A stretch of 64,000 bases of DNA from Rhizodiscina lignyota (taxonomy: Eukaryota): positions 2,046,001-2,110,000 of the forward strand of contig ML978124.1 of the NCBI GenBank assembly GCA_010015805.1, written 5' to 3'. The position numbers were made by a program, and so were the translations under genes. Positions 1 through 12,369 of this stretch are shown piece by piece. Numbering within the stretch: the first letter of the stretch is position 1; every line of letters begins with the position of its first letter. Under the pieces are notes generated by a model. The model did not search any database, was not told where the DNA came from, and saw nothing but the letters and a program-made list of their open reading frames with translations.

Positions 1-956
1 TCAGCGAGACCTCTTTACCGAGTTCTCTTTTGTGGTTGTGGGCTGTGTGGATCGGTTGATACCAATACATACTCCAGCTGGCTGAATGGCAATGGAGAGC
101 TGCCTGACTAGGTTTAGGGGATGCAAAATGGAAATTGACCAAGTGCCTATCTAACAATGCGTTTCCTTTTGCCGAGGTGATACTAACGCTCATATATCTG
201 TCTGCTTCTATCACGCTCTTCTACGCGTTTCGCTTAGTATTTGGAGATGTCTCCAGCGCTTGTACTAACGTAACGCTCACATGGCGGGATGTAGCTGTCC
301 ATACTGTTCACACGTATCTTCTTTCCTTGTTGGAGCTGTCCCAGCATGTGTTTCTCTTTGTCTCTTCTTAGCCTCTTTACGCTGCTCCTGATGCATTCAT
401 GTCCTGCACGAAAGAGTATGGCGCTCAACATACTCGACCAAGGGTGACAAAATAACTGGGCACCGCAAAGGATATAACGCCTCAATGTGAGCAACTCTCG
501 CACTTCAAGGTCAACGAAACTGTCCCTGAAAGCTTGGTTCTAGACTCTCCAGGGTATATACGACGATGACAGACCTTCGAAGAACTTGTACGCGCTCTTC
601 GTCATAGGGCCTATCGATTATAACTATGCGGTGTCTTGAATGTTTGGGGATGCAAGGTTTTGTCGGCTCACAAATGATGGTCTACCATCATTGGAATAGG
701 CACGGAATAGATGAGTTTCATTTCTACTCCGAGCGACGAACGCCTACTGACTTATCCCAGGTTTTTGTCCTTATCGTCCCCAAACAAAGTATCGCCGCTT
801 CCAGACTTTGCTTCTGAACCACCTGAGAAGCTCCTTCATCCTGCCAATCCTTCGTCTTGAGGAGTAGTGTCGCTTTCCTTCGCAACCTCAGGCCTTCCAC
901 CACAGCCCTTTCCCAGCTGTAAGGCGATCTTACGCTGGTGTAGCCTCACTTGGCGT

Positions 957-1788
957 CTAGATCCTCGAGCCGTCGAGCTGCGCAAAGGGAGGAACTCTGG
1001 CGTTGGTACGAGCGTAAGCCTTTTGCTGCATCAAGACCTGCCACAGGAACTCCTTCGGCAGCTCGTCCATCGTGTGTCCAAGCATCTTCCTGCCGCTCCC
1101 GTCTCGCATGTCATTCTCCCACGCGAACGCATCGATGAGGAGCTTGCACCATGGCGACGCTGTGGACAGTTTGTCAACCACCTTCGACACGTCTACGCTA
1201 TGGACAGCGCGATAGACGTCCTTAGCCACGCGCCGCAGGTAGAGAAGGAAAGTGTCGCGGAGGAGTTGGGGGACGTCATGCTCTTGCGCAAACACGTGGA
1301 GGTCGAAGAGTTCGTCATTTGGCATTGCGCCGTCGTCTGCGCCGTCGTCGGCCTCGGTGCCAGAGAGCTTTCGCGTATACAGCCACTCCAGGAAGTTCTC
1401 AAACGTCGTGACGGCGACTGTGGGCAGCTTGATCAATTTTTCTTCCGCTTCGACGAATGAGCCGTTGAAGGCATTTGCGAAGTACGCGGATACGGAGCAG
1501 AGGAAGGCCTTGTGCGCGTAATAGTTCGTCTCGCCTTCGACGCGGACTGCAACGACGTCGGCGGCGGCAGATCTTGTTCGTGTTAGCTTGACTGGATTTC
1601 ATTCAATGCGCTTGTAGGACGACTTACCTGAAGCTGGGTCGATAGGAAGAGGCGGTCGTTTTTGGCGGCGCGGAAGTCGTGGAGTCTGTGTTTCCTGAAA
1701 TAACTAAAGCCGGCTCTCTTCTGCAGCCATACGATTCGTGGCACCTACGGGAAAGGGAAGTGTAACCGCAGACCGAGCAATGATACAT
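957..1788 (-). CDS. BTB/POZ-domain protein (paralog 1), 2 exons; intron 1573-1627
   Basis: Exon 1 MYHCSVCGY...YRPSFR; intron GTAAGT...GCTAAC...AAG joins in frame to SAAADVVAVRVEGETNYYAHKAFLCSVSAYFANAFNGSFVEAEEKLIKLPTVAVTTFENFLEWLYT, a typical fungal BTB signature (HK.LL...S.YF..AF.G.F.E...I.L......F..F..WLY). Confidence 0.8.
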
Positions 1789-2241
1789 CTTGCTAAGTGG
1801 TGAAGTGCAGAAGGGGTGTTGGGAAAGAGAATCGTGAAAGTTGCGAGAAATATATAGAAAAGAAGTATTGCACACAACCTTGAAGGTGTTGTGAGTTAAG
1901 CGAGCTTTGGAGTGAAGTGGACGTAGCGGCTCAACACCACTGTTCAGCTAATGTGTTGACTCTACGTCATAGAACAAGAAGAGAACATCAAAGTGTAAGC
2001 TGCAAGAAGTAAAGGGCGTATTCACGCCTGCGTTGGGAGAATTCCCATCGTTATTAAACGCGCTGGAATCTATCGAATTGGCAGTTTTGATGGTGTAGCA
2101 GCAATTGAGGCGAGCGACGATTGAGTTTTACGTTCACGGTATTCAGAGAGAATGTATTGGATCATTTCTTAGGAAAGGAGAGTGGTATTGGTAAGTATGT
2201 ATCTGTCTGTGATCACACCATTGTTCGTGCTGATGCTATTC

Positions 2242-3218
2242 TCAGTTCATGTACGAGTAGCCCTCACGCTTGAACGGAGCGTCTTTCCAGCCCTCCGGAT
2301 CAGCTTTCTTGCCGCTCGCTATCTCGAACTTCCTGCTGAGCACCAAGGGCAAGAACTCCATCGGCAGTGGTTGCACAGTGTCACTGCTGCTCGAGAAATC
2401 CAGAGCACCCGAATCCATCGTTGCACCCCAGGAGAAGAGATCCACAAGAAGCCGCATCCATGGCGACGTTGGCGGCAAGTTGGCGACGGCGGCGCGCACG
2501 TCAACAATAGCGCACATGCTCGTGGCGTTCCGCTTCGCGTCATTTTGGAGCTTCAGGAGGGAGTCGCGGAAGAGGTTCGGAACGTGGTGCTGGCAGGCAA
2601 AGACGTGCAGCTTCAAGAGCTCGACGTGAGCGGCGCGTTTCTCGTTGATGGCATTGGAAGTGGACTGCGGAAGCTGCTTCGTGTGGAGCCAGTCGAGGAA
2701 GTTCTTGAAGGTTTGAGATTCGACGAAAGGCAAGCTGATGCACTTTTCAACCTCGACATGGCCCATGGGACGTGAGTCAACTCTGAAGTCGTTCCAGCTG
2801 CTCGAAACATCGTCTAGGAGGGCCTTGTGGACTTGGAATGTCTCATTGTTCTTGACGATGATCGTTTCGACGCTTGAGTTCTTACTGTGATGACGTGACA
2901 TTTTGTTATGCTCTGTGAGTTGTGGGACGTGTCTTACGCAGCCTCTGTGAGGCGTCCTGATTCAGAACGTCCGCGTGTTTCTGCTGCGGTGTAGCGAGCG
3001 AAAGCAGATGGCGGGCCTGCATCAAATGGGCGGCCGGAAGAAGTTGTTGGGCGTGAGTCTCCTGAGGAGCGACCGGAAGAAGTTGGTGGGCGTGAATCTG
3101 CTGATGGACGACCGGAAGAAGTTGTTGGGCGTGAATCCCCTGATGGACGACCTGAAGCAGATGTTTCGCGTGAACCTGCTCTGGGGCGACCTGAAGCAGA
3201 GGATCCGCGCGATTCCAT
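2242..3218 (-). CDS. BTB/POZ-domain protein (paralog 2), 2 exons; intron 2885-2937; N-terminal 13-aa Ser/Arg repeats
   Basis: FQVHKALL...ISLPFVESQTFKNFLDWLHT; aligns along its length with paralog 1 (LHVFA, VP.L.RD, VDV, SPW..LL.D.F.W, LP.EFL..VL); intron GTAAGA...CACAG keeps frame. Confidence 0.75.
3020..3200 (-). repeat. Coding tandem repeat, 39-bp period, about 4.5 copies (SSGRPSGDSRPTT)
   Basis: ccggaagaag at 3034, 3073, 3112 and cctgaagcag at 3151, 3190. Confidence 0.85.
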
Positions 3219-3894
3219 AGTGCTTGTCTTTTGGAATTGCTTGGGTGCCCTGGATCCGGTGTGGAGAAGGAAGGAAGGTGAGGAAAAGGGAAAGAGGGGG
3301 TTTAAATAGTGCGAGTGGCGAAGAGCGGGAAGCTGGTGAATGTTGTTAGGCAGCATTCAAGTGAAACGCGAAAGTTTAAGTTGGGTTTGAGTGGCATGTG
3401 AATTCAAATTAACTCATTAAGCTGTTCATGGGGCATGATTGCCGCAATTGCACATTGCAGCCTAATTAAAGAGCTCCGTTCTGGCTTCTTTCCACCCCGC
3501 TGTAGTCTTGCTAAAGCTATTGTATTCTAGCCCCTAAATACTTCTTGCAAATTGGACTTCAGAATTCACCAGATACGCTGTGGAGAAGAGTTCAGAGGGT
3601 CGTTTTGATTCTCGCTTCCAGTCACTTGGTGCCATATGACCGTCCTTGAACAGCCGTACATGACGAGCTCCCGATAGAACACTTGTTCATCTCCAGTGTC
3701 CCCAAATCTGAATTCACTCAACCTTATCATCTTGCTCCTCAGAAAGATCAGAACATTCACGCTCTTTCTCCGTAGTGCAGTGAGGTACGAAGGCTAGCTC
3801 AATTAGGCACGTATATCACGTGGTATTTCCTCAATAGGTCTAGGTTGGACGTAACTGCTCCACAGCTTCAGGGGCACACGTGGCTCTCAGTAAG

Positions 3895-4680
3895 CTGGAA
3901 TGTTAAAAGGATAAGTAGTTCTTACACTTCAAAGGAAACGAGACCATCAATGAAAGCTTTGTTCTACCTTCTTAGGAGTGTATTGCATAGTAGCAGGACT
4001 TTAAAAAAACTTGTATACTTAATTATCTAGAGAGGCTACACATCAAAACTGCCGGAGAAGCTGTAACGCTCTATGCCGAATACATCTTACACTTTAGATT
4101 AAACGGGAATATCTTTAAAAGTTGACTTCGAAGTCCCTCGGAGTGTATATAATAGGACCAAGCCGTTTAAAAAACTTGTACATTTATTAGCTAGAGAGGC
4201 TATACACGAAAGCTGCGAGGCAGGCCGGAGCGCCTTGTACTTTAAGAGAGGCGAGACTGTCTCTGAAGGTGTATGTTAATTAAGCTTCGATCCGCTATTA
4301 GTAGAAGCATCAAATATCAATCCCGGAGTGTTAAGCGAGCATTTATTCGATTATGTCAGAAGAATTAAACGGGAATTCGTACGCGCTACCCAAGCAACGA
4401 TGTAAGTATTAGCGGAGTCTAGTTATATACTATGTACGGACTTGGCGAAATATAACTGCTTCTACACCAGGCTGTCTATGAGCATTTCACTCTATAGAGA
4501 CGAAAGCGTAGATACCGCTATCTCCAACAGACAAATCTTTATTCGTGTTTACAGTCCAATTTTCCCAAGTCAGATGCGTTAAACACGCGTTTGCGCGTGT
4601 TGCCCAAGCAACGATGTAAACACTCCTAGAGTCCGCTCATACGTCATGCATCGACTTAGCGAGATACCATCACTTCCAGA
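3895..4680. repeat. Degenerate non-coding direct repeats (units roughly 170-215 bp)
   Basis: aaaaaacttgta...ctagagaggcta at ~4004 and ~4169; cccaagcaacgatgtaa at 4389 and 4603; attaaacgggaat at ~4098 and ~4364. Confidence 0.6.
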
Positions 4681-5108
4681 TCGGGTTAACCATTAACTTT
4701 TCGCGAAGTCCGCCACCCACGTGATCACCACCATCTCCCACGGTCAAATCTCAATTTACGCTTATGTATACAGCTTCAATTCGCCCAAATGAGGCGCACC
4801 AACCACCTCTTTTGCAATGTTGCTCGAGCAACGCGGCAAATAACTACAGAATCTACTCATCCGCCGTGCATAGACTTCAAGAATTATCATCACTTTCACA
4901 TTGGGCTAACCATCAAGATTTCGGAACGGTTGTGGGGGTAGGGGTCTCCATTGAAATTCACTACAGAAGGCTTTAATTACTTGACTGTGGAAGCCTCCCC
5001 TACCCCCAAACTTTTCTCTCCCCAGACATGCCCACACCAAACCCCATTTTCTACCACCAAACTTGACACCAACAAACATGTGTCCTCATGAAGCCCAGTC
5101 CAGTCACT

Positions 5109-6825
5109 CTAGAAACCCAAGTCTGGGTTACGGATCACCGGGAGAGAGCAGATGATGGCAGCCATGAAGGCTGCGCTGCCATACACCCTGCCGTCTGGCA
5201 GGATGCCGCATGGTCTCTGCTCCCTCTCCACCTTCTTCTCCTTCTTCTCATCCTCCTCATCACTGTCCACAACAAAGCCAGCATCTATCGAGATGTCGTC
5301 ATCGATCGTCGCGAACTCGGTGTCATCCGGCGAGCCCGGAGTGGCGAAGACAGCGAGGTCGGAGCTTGCAGTACCAGAGACATTGACATCGGTATGTACC
5401 TTCTGCGTGGGCGTCATCGGCTCGGACGACACAGAGGTCTTGACAGAACTTGCCTCTCCACCTAGAATGTCGAGCTTAGCAACATAAATAGTCTCGATCC
5501 AACCTTCCATCATACCTTCAATGGCCTTCTGCTCGTCGAGAGGGACGGCAGCAGTCTTGTTCTCCTTCTTAGTAACAGGAGTGGAGGCTAAGTTGGTGCG
5601 GGAGGACGAAGCGGAAGCATTCGTTGAGAAGCCTCCTGGAGCATAGCGAGAAGATGAGAGGCCGGGAGAGTTCTTTAGGAAGGTTGCTGGGTCCGCAAGA
5701 GTCGGAGCGATGCTAGATCAAGTTAGTCTCCGGCAATATTAGGAATGCTGTAAGGCTGGGTTCACGTACAAAGTCCTCTTAGGCAGAGTAGCGTTGCCAA
5801 GCGAGTCACCCTGATTGTTACCCTGATTGTTACCCTGGTTGTTACCCTGCAAGTGATTGTGAGACTGTTTCTTTCCACGCCTCGATCTAGGGGCTCTTGG
5901 GGTACGTGCAGCAAGTCCTTGATCCACCTGGCGAAGGGGAGAGCCACCATGCGGAACACGACGACGACCACCAGGTGGTGGAGCATGACCCTGATGGCCT
6001 TGGCGCATGCCACGAGGAAGAGGCACGGATGGGCCCGGCAAGCGAGTTTGTCCCCTGATTGACTCGTGGAAGTTGATAGCAGCAGAAAGATCTCCGCCAG
6101 CATACGCGACTTGATGTGGGCGAGTGTGGAACTCTGCTGAGGCAGAGATGGGTCGAGGACCTGGACCACCACCGCCTCCTCCGCCTCTGGGAGGTCTCGC
6201 CTTGTTACCAGCAGTCGTGAACGACTTCGCCATCTCCTTGGCAATCTCCAAGTTGCCGCCATAGCTGGCAGCGGCAGGGGGAGCATTAGGAGCCGGCCCA
6301 CCAAAGGCGGGGACAGTAGGAGAGATGAGCGAATCGTCGGAGGTGAACTGACGGCGGGGAAGATCCGGGCCGCCAAGTTGAAGGTTTCGCGTCATAGCTC
6401 TGCGGCCAGTACGATGGGACTGACCCTGGTTGATGTCGCCTAGAGCCTCGGCAGCCAGGTCGCGCATAGTATCATGCTCGCGGAAGGCTGTTACGTGTTA
6501 ATCAACACAAACTTATTAATGTGGTTGAGGAGACACTTACAGCGCCATGCTCCAAGAGCGCCCTCAGCCATGGCAGGCTGGGCGCGATTGGACACCTCCT
6601 CGGGCGCTTGAGGGCGAGGTGCAGGAACGCCCTCTTCCAGAATGCGCTTACGGTTTGCAGCGCCGAGATCCGCCTATGATATGTTCGCGTCAGTCGTGTT
6701 CAAATATGTGTGCGAGTGGCAAAACGAAAAGGAAGACGGTGATTTGACGTGTTTGGTGAGAGATAGACAAGTGTGCTCGCGTTAGTACTCACCAACATCA
6801 TCGCTTCCAATTCTGCGGCGTCCAT
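5109..6825 (-). CDS. Hypothetical low-complexity (Gly/Pro/Arg-rich) protein, 4 exons
   Basis: ATG 6825 MDAAELEAMML|gtgagt; exon 2 ADLGAANRKRILEEG...GAWR; exon 3 = ORF 5739-6467; exon 4 continues into ORF 5109-5513; canonical splice sites; (QGNN)x3 12-bp microrepeat at ~5808-5850. Confidence 0.6.
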
Positions 6826-7416
6826 CTTGACGTTAAGAGTCGTGGCAGATGGTAGTATTGATTGTAGCTAAAGGTACAAAGAGAGAGCGTTGGGGGTGGA
6901 GGTGTTAAGTTTGTTGACGCGACTTGCGGCCGTGAGGAAGTGAATGAATTGGGATAGCAGATGAAGCAAGTATCTGGACAAGAGAGAGGACACCCAGCAA
7001 TCCCGTTGCCGGTGTGCCCTCAGTCTGGTTACGTAGAGAAACTTGTGCGAAAGAGGAATCGAGTGGAGAGAATTGGTGGGGAAGGAAGTGGAGGGAGGTG
7101 TTGTGGAAGGAAGGAGGGAGAGAGAGCAGAGGAAGTAAACAGAAGAAGTATTGCCACCTCGACGCGGATGCTGCCACTTGGCGTGCCTTCCCTCTACGAA
7201 GGAAACGTCATGCCCAGGCAACGAAGAAACGTGACACTTACACAGTTTTCAATGTTGATTTGCAACCTGATAAGGCGCCAACTTACCATACACGAGCCGT
7301 AATCTCTTGTAATTAGAAGCTAATTAGCTAGTCTATCCTAGAATCTATCATAACCCAAATGGTATCGAGCAGTGGAGTGTCCAAACCGGGCCAAAAGCTA
7401 GCCTTCTACATCAATC

Positions 7417-9325
7417 TCACATGGTAACAGGCCTCAATCGTAACACCTTTCTAATCCATAACCAGCTCTCGTAGACATTAAGCTTCAATTCCATGCGTAC
7501 ATGTGCATACCATGCAGCCAACAACGGTTTCCAGTTCTTCGGCCAAAGGAGACTGCCACTCGAGCGTAACTGTTCAAGCTGGTCTTCGTAAACAGTACGA
7601 GAAGCGTAGCGCGCGAGGATAAGGAACGTTCGTACCGGGCCCTGGCGAGTTTGGAGGGACTCATCGAGGGACCGAGCTGCATGACGCGCCGTCAGTATGA
7701 GATGGCAATTCACAAGATGACAGTGGGTGAACCTACTCAAATCATTTGTCTTCAGAATCAACAGCATAACCCTCGGCACACTCCCCAATAATTGTACGAG
7801 CTCCTGCAACATCCCTCCACTCATTTCATCCCCTCCTGACTTTGTCGTTAGTGCGGCCGTAATGTTCTCCTTCTCCTGTACGCTACGGCTACTGCTCACG
7901 CCGCCCTCCTTCCTCACCACATCGTACTCTCTCCCGGTAATTGCGCTCGCAAACAACGGGAAATGCTCATCATCTATGCCAGCGACATCATGCGCATACT
8001 TCCTCATATTCTTCTCGTCGGCCTCGAGGACCGCCAGCCACAGCTTTGCATAATTCAGGCGCATGTCATCTGGTATATCGCGATAAAGCCCGTGGTCGTA
8101 CAGGATGATGTCGAAGTTGTAGTGGTTCGAAAGAGTCGGCTCACGGTAGCGGATCGCGATGTTGCCGCCGTGCGGGTCACAGTGCAGCGGCGCGTGTCTA
8201 CCAAAGATCATCTCATTGAAAATGCGAGCTAGGGCGGCGGAGACCTCGTCTCGATCGATGCCGTTGTCGTCGAGGTACTTCAGGTCGTCTGGGCGGTGGC
8301 CGGTCACGTACTCCATAACAAGGATCCGCCGCTGGGAGAATCTGACGCCGGGAATAACGAGCGGTGCGTCTCTCAAAGGAGCGAAATACTCTCGCGCACG
8401 CTCGGCGTTGTGGGCTTCGAGATTGAAGTCGAGTTCCTGGGGGAGAGAGATCATCATCTCTTCCGACAGCCAGGTGAGGTCGTATTCCGGGAAGAACCGT
8501 TTGATAGTCGAGAAGGTGAGATGGGTAAGTGCCAGATCTAATGGAGCCCATTCATCTAAAGCGGGATGCTGTACTTTGACTGCAACTCTTTCTCCAGTGT
8601 CCTTCAGCACCGCGCGGTGGACTTGCGCAAGCGACGCCGCGCCAATCGGCTCGCGCTCGAACTCGGAAAAGAAATCAGATATATAATGCCCCGTATCTTT
8701 CAGTACCATCTCTTCTATTGACTCGTATGACGAAACAGGGCATTTGTCTTGCAGTGGGACGAAGGTATCACACCACTCGCTCGGGAGCAAGTAGTTCAGA
8801 CTGCTGAGATGCTGTCCCAACTTGATGAATATCGATCCATTCTTCTCGAGGGCGACGAGTGTTCGTTCGGCGCAGCGCTTGTGGCACTTTTTGAGGAGAG
8901 CTTCGCGATCCTCTGGATTGTCATGCTGTTGGCCGAGTGTAACTCGGTAGCTGTAGCGTCCGTTAGCCACTCTGTATCGTAATCCTTCAAACAGCCATGA
9001 GATAGTTGCTGACGCACTCATTTATACAAACAAACAATGTGCTGAATACCCTCCCACTCCTCTCCACCGCCGTAGCCGCATGCTTCGCCTGATCGGTGAA
9101 GGCAAGCGCTCCAACTCCTGCCCCAGCGGAGGCCAACAGTATTATCCGCCTTCGCTGCTTAGCCTTCGGCTTTGGCGCTGGAGGCTTCCTCCATGGTGTA
9201 CTTCTTGTCGCATAATTAAGCCGCGATTGTACGGCCGGCGCCCGTTGCTGGGTGTGGCAGGTTCGACATGTCCACCTCGAGGCGGCGCGGTGGAAGAGGG
9301 AGAAGAACTTTGGGGCGGAGGACAT
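7417..9325 (-). CDS. ABC1/UbiB-family atypical kinase, mitochondrial (ADCK1/Mcp2-like), 3 exons
   Basis: FIKLGQ, PLQD, PIGAASLAQVHRA, VAVKVQHP, ELDF..EA.N, HCDPHGGN, YDHGL motifs; Arg-rich N-terminus; intron 8951-9017 gives CINDYRVTL; second in-frame intron near 7676-7735. Confidence 0.92.
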
Positions 9326-10068
9326 TATCGCAGCGGCATGATGCGCAATTTCGTTAATACATGGCTTTCAAAAGCGAATGTGGGAGTAAGTAGATGGGAT
9401 GAAAGCTAGCGATGCAGCAGGAGTGAGAACAGACGATGCGGCATTGCGGCGAGCTGTTCAATCGGCGTGATCCGAAATTTTTACGGTACCCGCGTCATCG
9501 GACTTCGGATGGTGGAGGTTATTTCGACGTCGTCTCTCCTGATCATGGTCCCATGCGCCTTTTAAATTTCAAGAGAGTGGCTCGTATGTGATTATTCAGA
9601 CTTTCAAATAATTTTTGATCAGAGGCACAAATCATGCGTGAGTGACTGAATCGATTCGGAAGCGCAGAACGCGGTCTATATATTCTATGTCATTGTGAGG
9701 CCGTCCTAGGCAACTCGAGACATTCCTTGATCCATGAGCCCTGCATCGAAGGGGAAAAAAAAGAGAAACTCTGATACATGTAAGAAAGCAGGGAAGGTAA
9801 GAAAGTTCATGAGCCAGTGCAGGCAGTGGTATCAAAAGAAAATGGTCCCTTCCAGCCGTTCCGTCGTAGTGCAAGGTTGAACCCCTTTCATAACGTCCCA
9901 GAATGTTGCATTCCGCCCTGAGGAGCCAAGTCGGTGGGGAATCTCAAAGACAGGAAAATGAAACAAGAAAACAAGAAAACCGAAAAACGCCTCATAAAAC
10001 TCCCAAGCCGGTGAAGGTCATGAAGCATGTCCACCTCCTTATGAACATCGTAGTGGTACTGCGGTGGC

Positions 10069-12369
10069 CTAATAGCCACCGGTATCGCTCGCCCAGCCCT
10101 GAGCGCCAATCGCACCGCTACCGTACTGCTCGCTCTCGTAGTCCTCCATCTCACCGCCGCTGCTCGCATCGAAGCTGCTTCTGCCGCTAACGTCACCCTC
10201 CATGTCTTCAGTACCAGCAGGCATCTGGTCCCACTGAATACCGGCGAGCATGGGGAACTGCTTGTAAAGCACTTGCGGCAACTGGTAAGCGCCCGCTGCC
10301 ATCATTGGCTGGCCGTATCCGCCGTCCATTGGAGCACCCATTTGGCCCATCTGAATCGGCATGCCAGGGGCCTGCATGCCACCCGGAACACCAAGCATAG
10401 GTTGGCCACCAGACATGTTCGGGTCTTGGGCGCCTTGTGCCTCCCAGACGCCCTTCTCAGCGGCTTCCTCTTCGAGAAGAGGCTTGATGCATACTCTGCC
10501 GGCTTCACTCCTGAAGTGACGGCCTAGTGCGTCAGCACGTGCGAACTTGCGGCCACAACCCCAGTTCTCGCCACTCTTAAGATGGCCACGGCAGATGAAG
10601 CGCTTCTCACCAGAGTGGAGGCCTTCGTGTCTCTTGCGATCATGTTGGCGCGCAAACGCCTTACCGCAGACACTGCAAACAAATGGCCTCTCGTCTGTGT
10701 GAGTGCGCAGGTGACTTCTGAGGTTGTACGCGCGTGTGAAGCGCTTAGGGCACAGGCTGCATTGGAAAGTGGCCGGGTGCTTTTGCGTGCGCTGACGACC
10801 ACTACCAGGAGATGCAGAGTCGGCAGAGATGGATTGAGGACGAGAGGGATCGGCTAGATCAAGGATGTAGTCACGGTTTGGAACACTCGAAGTGGAGGAG
10901 CGACGATTACCCGCACGGCCCGATGGAGACGGAGAGCGAGAGATAGCACGAGCTGAGTTGGGTGAAAGTGAGTTGCGGATATGACCGCCGTTGCTGTTTG
11001 CAGGAGAAGCTGGGCGAGATCCATGGAATGGATCGGACACCGCGCGCATTCGGTTACGGCTGGAAGCTGTCTTGAAATCAGTATGTGATGAACATGGATG
11101 TGATGATTGGCACTCACTCCTCTCTGGGGGGCTCAAAGCGTCGTCTGCGCGTTCTGGCTTTGGTGGCTCGAAGCTGGTCTGCCTCGAGGGTGGCGCCGGC
11201 TGTATGTTGATTTCTGGAGGGGACATGGCATTGGCATGTCCAGCATAGTCGATGTTGCCATTGCCCTGGATGTTTGGGAAAGCCTCTTGGCCTCCGTACA
11301 TCTCTTGTTGTGCAAGATACTGAGCCTGCATTTGAGGCGCAGCTAGGCCGAAGCTATCGGCTGACGTGAACGCTGGTAGTTGCTGCTGCTGCGGGCCGAT
11401 CCGAGGGGAGATGTGGGGGCTTGGAATGGGGCTTATGTGTTGCTGCACCTGCTGTTGCTGGCCATCTGAGATGTTGAAGTTCTCCATTCCCATGCCCTGA
11501 AACATTACTGGGTCTGGTTGTGCGCCAAGCAATGGAGAATGGTTGTCGACCGGGTCAAAGCTGTCAGCGGTAGCAAGATATGGAGAATTGAAGTTGGATG
11601 ACACGTCAGAGTGGGCATCTGAAGGTGTCCTACGATGCCCTCTGAACTGTGTTCCTTCTCCCCATCCTGCATTGAGGCCTTGTGGATAGGCCGCGCTTGA
11701 TGGATCTAGCGATGTGTGCCTCGAGTGTCCCGGAGACCATCCGCCTTGAGGAAGACTCGGCGAGACGTGAGGACTCGCGCTCGAGTGGCGGCTCATGTCC
11801 GGCTGGAGCATGTGTGGAGGAGTGGGTGCTTGGTGATGGGTCGTCATTTGGTTCATGAGGTCAGAAGGATCGATTGATGTATCCTGTGGTTGATCGCCGC
11901 CCAGTAGCTGGGGGTCGAGGAAGTTCTGCTCGAGAGAATCTTGACCGATAGGGTCGAAGAATTGGGAGTCAAACGAACTGTTGTTGCCTGCGCCAGTGGG
12001 GTCAAGGAAGTCTGGTGTGAAGGCGCTGCTGCCTACTGGGTTGAGGGAGGGACTTTGGTGCCCGGCTTGAGAGATAGGCTGGGGTTGGAGGAAGGACTGT
12101 TGCGCGACGTCTGACGTCGTCGAGTACTGGTCTTGCTGTGGTTGTGACGTGTTGAGGAAGTCGTTAGGGTCGAATGAGGTTTGGTTGGAGGTCAATGTGT
12201 CGTTGAAGCCGTTGGAGAAGACGTTGGAGTGGTTGTTTGTGAGCGATTGGTCTGCGCCGAGGCCAGATGGTGGAGCGCGATATATATTGTGAGGTGATGG
12301 GGATGGGGTGTGTCTTATGGGGTTCTGTCGGCCTGCGGAAGGCGAGCGGCCACGCTGCTGGTCGGCCAT
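10069..12369 (-). CDS. crz1: Calcineurin-responsive C2H2 zinc-finger transcription factor Crz1/CrzA, 2 exons
   Basis: [67 protein letters not shown]...[22 protein letters not shown]; PxIxIT-like [18 protein letters not shown]; intron ~11068-11115. Confidence 0.95.
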   Translation of the reverse strand: MADQQRGRSPSAGRQNPIRHTPSPSPHNIYRAPPSGLGADQSLTNNHSNVFSNGFNDTLTSNQTSFDPNDFLNTSQPQQDQYSTTSDVAQQSFLQPQPISQAGHQSPSLNPVGSSAFTPDFLDPTGAGNNSSFDSQFFDPIGQDSLEQNFLDPQLLGGDQPQDTSIDPSDLMNQMTTHHQAPTPPHMLQPDMSRHSSASPHVSPSLPQGGWSPGHSRHTSLDPSSAAYPQGLNAGWGEGTQFRGHRRTPSDAHSDVSSNFNSPYLATADSFDPVDNHSPLLGAQPDPVMFQGMGMENFNISDGQQQQVQQHISPIPSPHISPRIGPQQQQLPAFTSADSFGLAAPQMQAQYLAQQEMYGGQEAFPNIQGNGNIDYAGHANAMSPPEINIQPAPPSRQTSFEPPKPERADDALSPPERSECQSSHPCSSHTDFKTASSRNRMRAVSDPFHGSRPASPANSNGGHIRNSLSPNSARAISRSPSPSGRAGNRRSSTSSVPNRDYILDLADPSRPQSISADSASPGSGRQRTQKHPATFQCSLCPKRFTRAYNLRSHLRTHTDERPFVCSVCGKAFARQHDRKRHEGLHSGEKRFICRGHLKSGENWGCGRKFARADALGRHFRSEAGRVCIKPLLEEEAAEKGVWEAQGAQDPNMSGGQPMLGVPGGMQAPGMPIQMGQMGAPMDGGYGQPMMAAGAYQLPQVLYKQFPMLAGIQWDQMPAGTEDMEGDVSGRSSFDASSGGEMEDYESEQYGSGAIGAQGWASDTGGY

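Noticed and set aside
867..2775. Two 197-aa plus-strand ORFs that resemble each other (867-1460, 2182-2775)
   Set aside because: Antisense shadows of the BTB paralogs; their similarity follows from the sense-strand homology
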